Below, in pieces: positions 63,401 to 64,000 of a stretch of 64,000 bases of DNA. The notes beneath the pieces are model-generated. The model saw only the letters and a program-made list of their open reading frames with translations, was not told where the DNA came from and ran no database searches. Each line of letters begins with the position of its first letter. Position 1 is the first letter of the stretch. The stretch covers positions 26,349 to 90,348 of the forward strand of contig JAHLWZ010000833.1 in assembly GCA_020536535.1 (NCBI GenBank), given 5' to 3'. Both the position numbers and the translations under genes were made by a program. This DNA comes from Pelomyxa schiedti. Taxonomy: Eukaryota; Protista; Evosea.

Positions 63401-63486
63401 GTGGCGGTGGTGCTTTCTGCTGTGGTGGTTGCTTCTTGCTGGGGATCAGAGTCGTTGGTGGTCTTTTTTTTTCTACGGAACAGCAT
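54473..63486 (-). CDS. Giant (over 2,600 aa) conserved uncharacterised alpha-2-macroglobulin-like protein with an N-terminal C1/DC1-like Zn finger; one exon of about 7.1 kb plus several small 5' exons
   Basis: 2387-aa ORF at 54473-61636. Upstream exons splice in frame through SGFLE|TFAFSPCRTASLSLATPGTET|YFFSGLQLLH back to HPSHEHPL...WRCKLC...|VWHCEECKWDVCDGCF. MG-domain-like motifs GVYVIEF, FFFPGTGSFPHYPAHV, GAYVKVYA...YTDLRGRADY. The 5' exon chain is inferred. Confidence 0.8.
57232..57410 (-). repeat. (TCAAGA)n hexamer microsatellite encoding an RS-dipeptide tract in the giant protein
   Basis: gatctt repeats on the plus strand translate as SRSRSRSR on the minus strand. Confidence 0.95.
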
Positions 63487-64000
63487 GGTTCGTCGGTTTT
63501 GTTTGTTTTCAGAAAAAGGTGGGTGAAAAATAATTAGTGTCCTTCGATCAAACCGCCACTTTTTCGTTTACCATGAACGAGAAGAAAATCCAATGTCCAC
63601 AAGGGGGATAACACGTCCAGGGGCGCCAACACCTTATACTCGGGTGACAAACAACTTGCCGAAAACACATGACCCAGAACACGGAAATGCGGCATTGTGC
63701 TTGTTTGGGTGGAAATCTGGCGTGTGCGGAACTGTTTGACAGGAATACGGCAGAGACATATCAGACATTTTTTGCATCTCCAGGCCAGGAGGAGACATAA
63801 TTAAATCAGACACAGGTACTTCAAAAAACGCAATTTAACACCAAGTGGATTCAAATCTAAAAAAGACCGGAAACGTCTGTTTTTATCCATCCCGCTCTAA
63901 CGGTTAGAAACAAGCAAGATGAATAATGTTTTTCTATTCGACTTTGGCCACAATTAAACAATTTTGGTTCGGCTTAAGAGCGCGCGACTTTTCTCGTGCG

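Overview
This is 64 kb of a compact eukaryotic nuclear genome with standard genetic code, short GT-AG introns (about 45-70 nt), very short intergenic spacers and two 100-N scaffold gaps. Gene content (an SHK-type kinase-SH2 protein, a GTPase of amoebal type, relics of ankyrin-like and kinase families) suggests an amoebozoan, possibly an archamoeba such as Pelomyxa; this is inference only. There are about 20 apparently intact genes. These include PDCD2, a FAAP100-like protein, a GTPase, a PqiA-domain membrane protein, an EF-hand protein, a bacterial-type SAM methyltransferase, PLAC8, ARFRP1, an F-box/VPS9 protein, an NRF-6-type acyltransferase, p47/UBX, an SH2 pseudokinase, a bacterial-type cupin, a CDC123-like ATP-grasp probably spliced in frame to PTH2, an SCP/CTD phosphatase and a giant alpha-2-macroglobulin-like protein of over 2,600 aa. 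An accessory region at about 13.7-23.5 kb holds a CpG-free relic, a broken IS630/Tc1 transposase, three paralogous kinase relics, an RBR-type RING relic and three long near-perfect hairpins, at least two of them made from gene-family coding sequence. A 318-bp dimeric tandem array sits at 45.8-46.5 kb. No tRNA, rRNA or CRISPR array was recognised. All gene models, alignments and counts were made by eye; exon boundaries and several start codons are approximate, and family assignments come from remembered motifs, not database searches.
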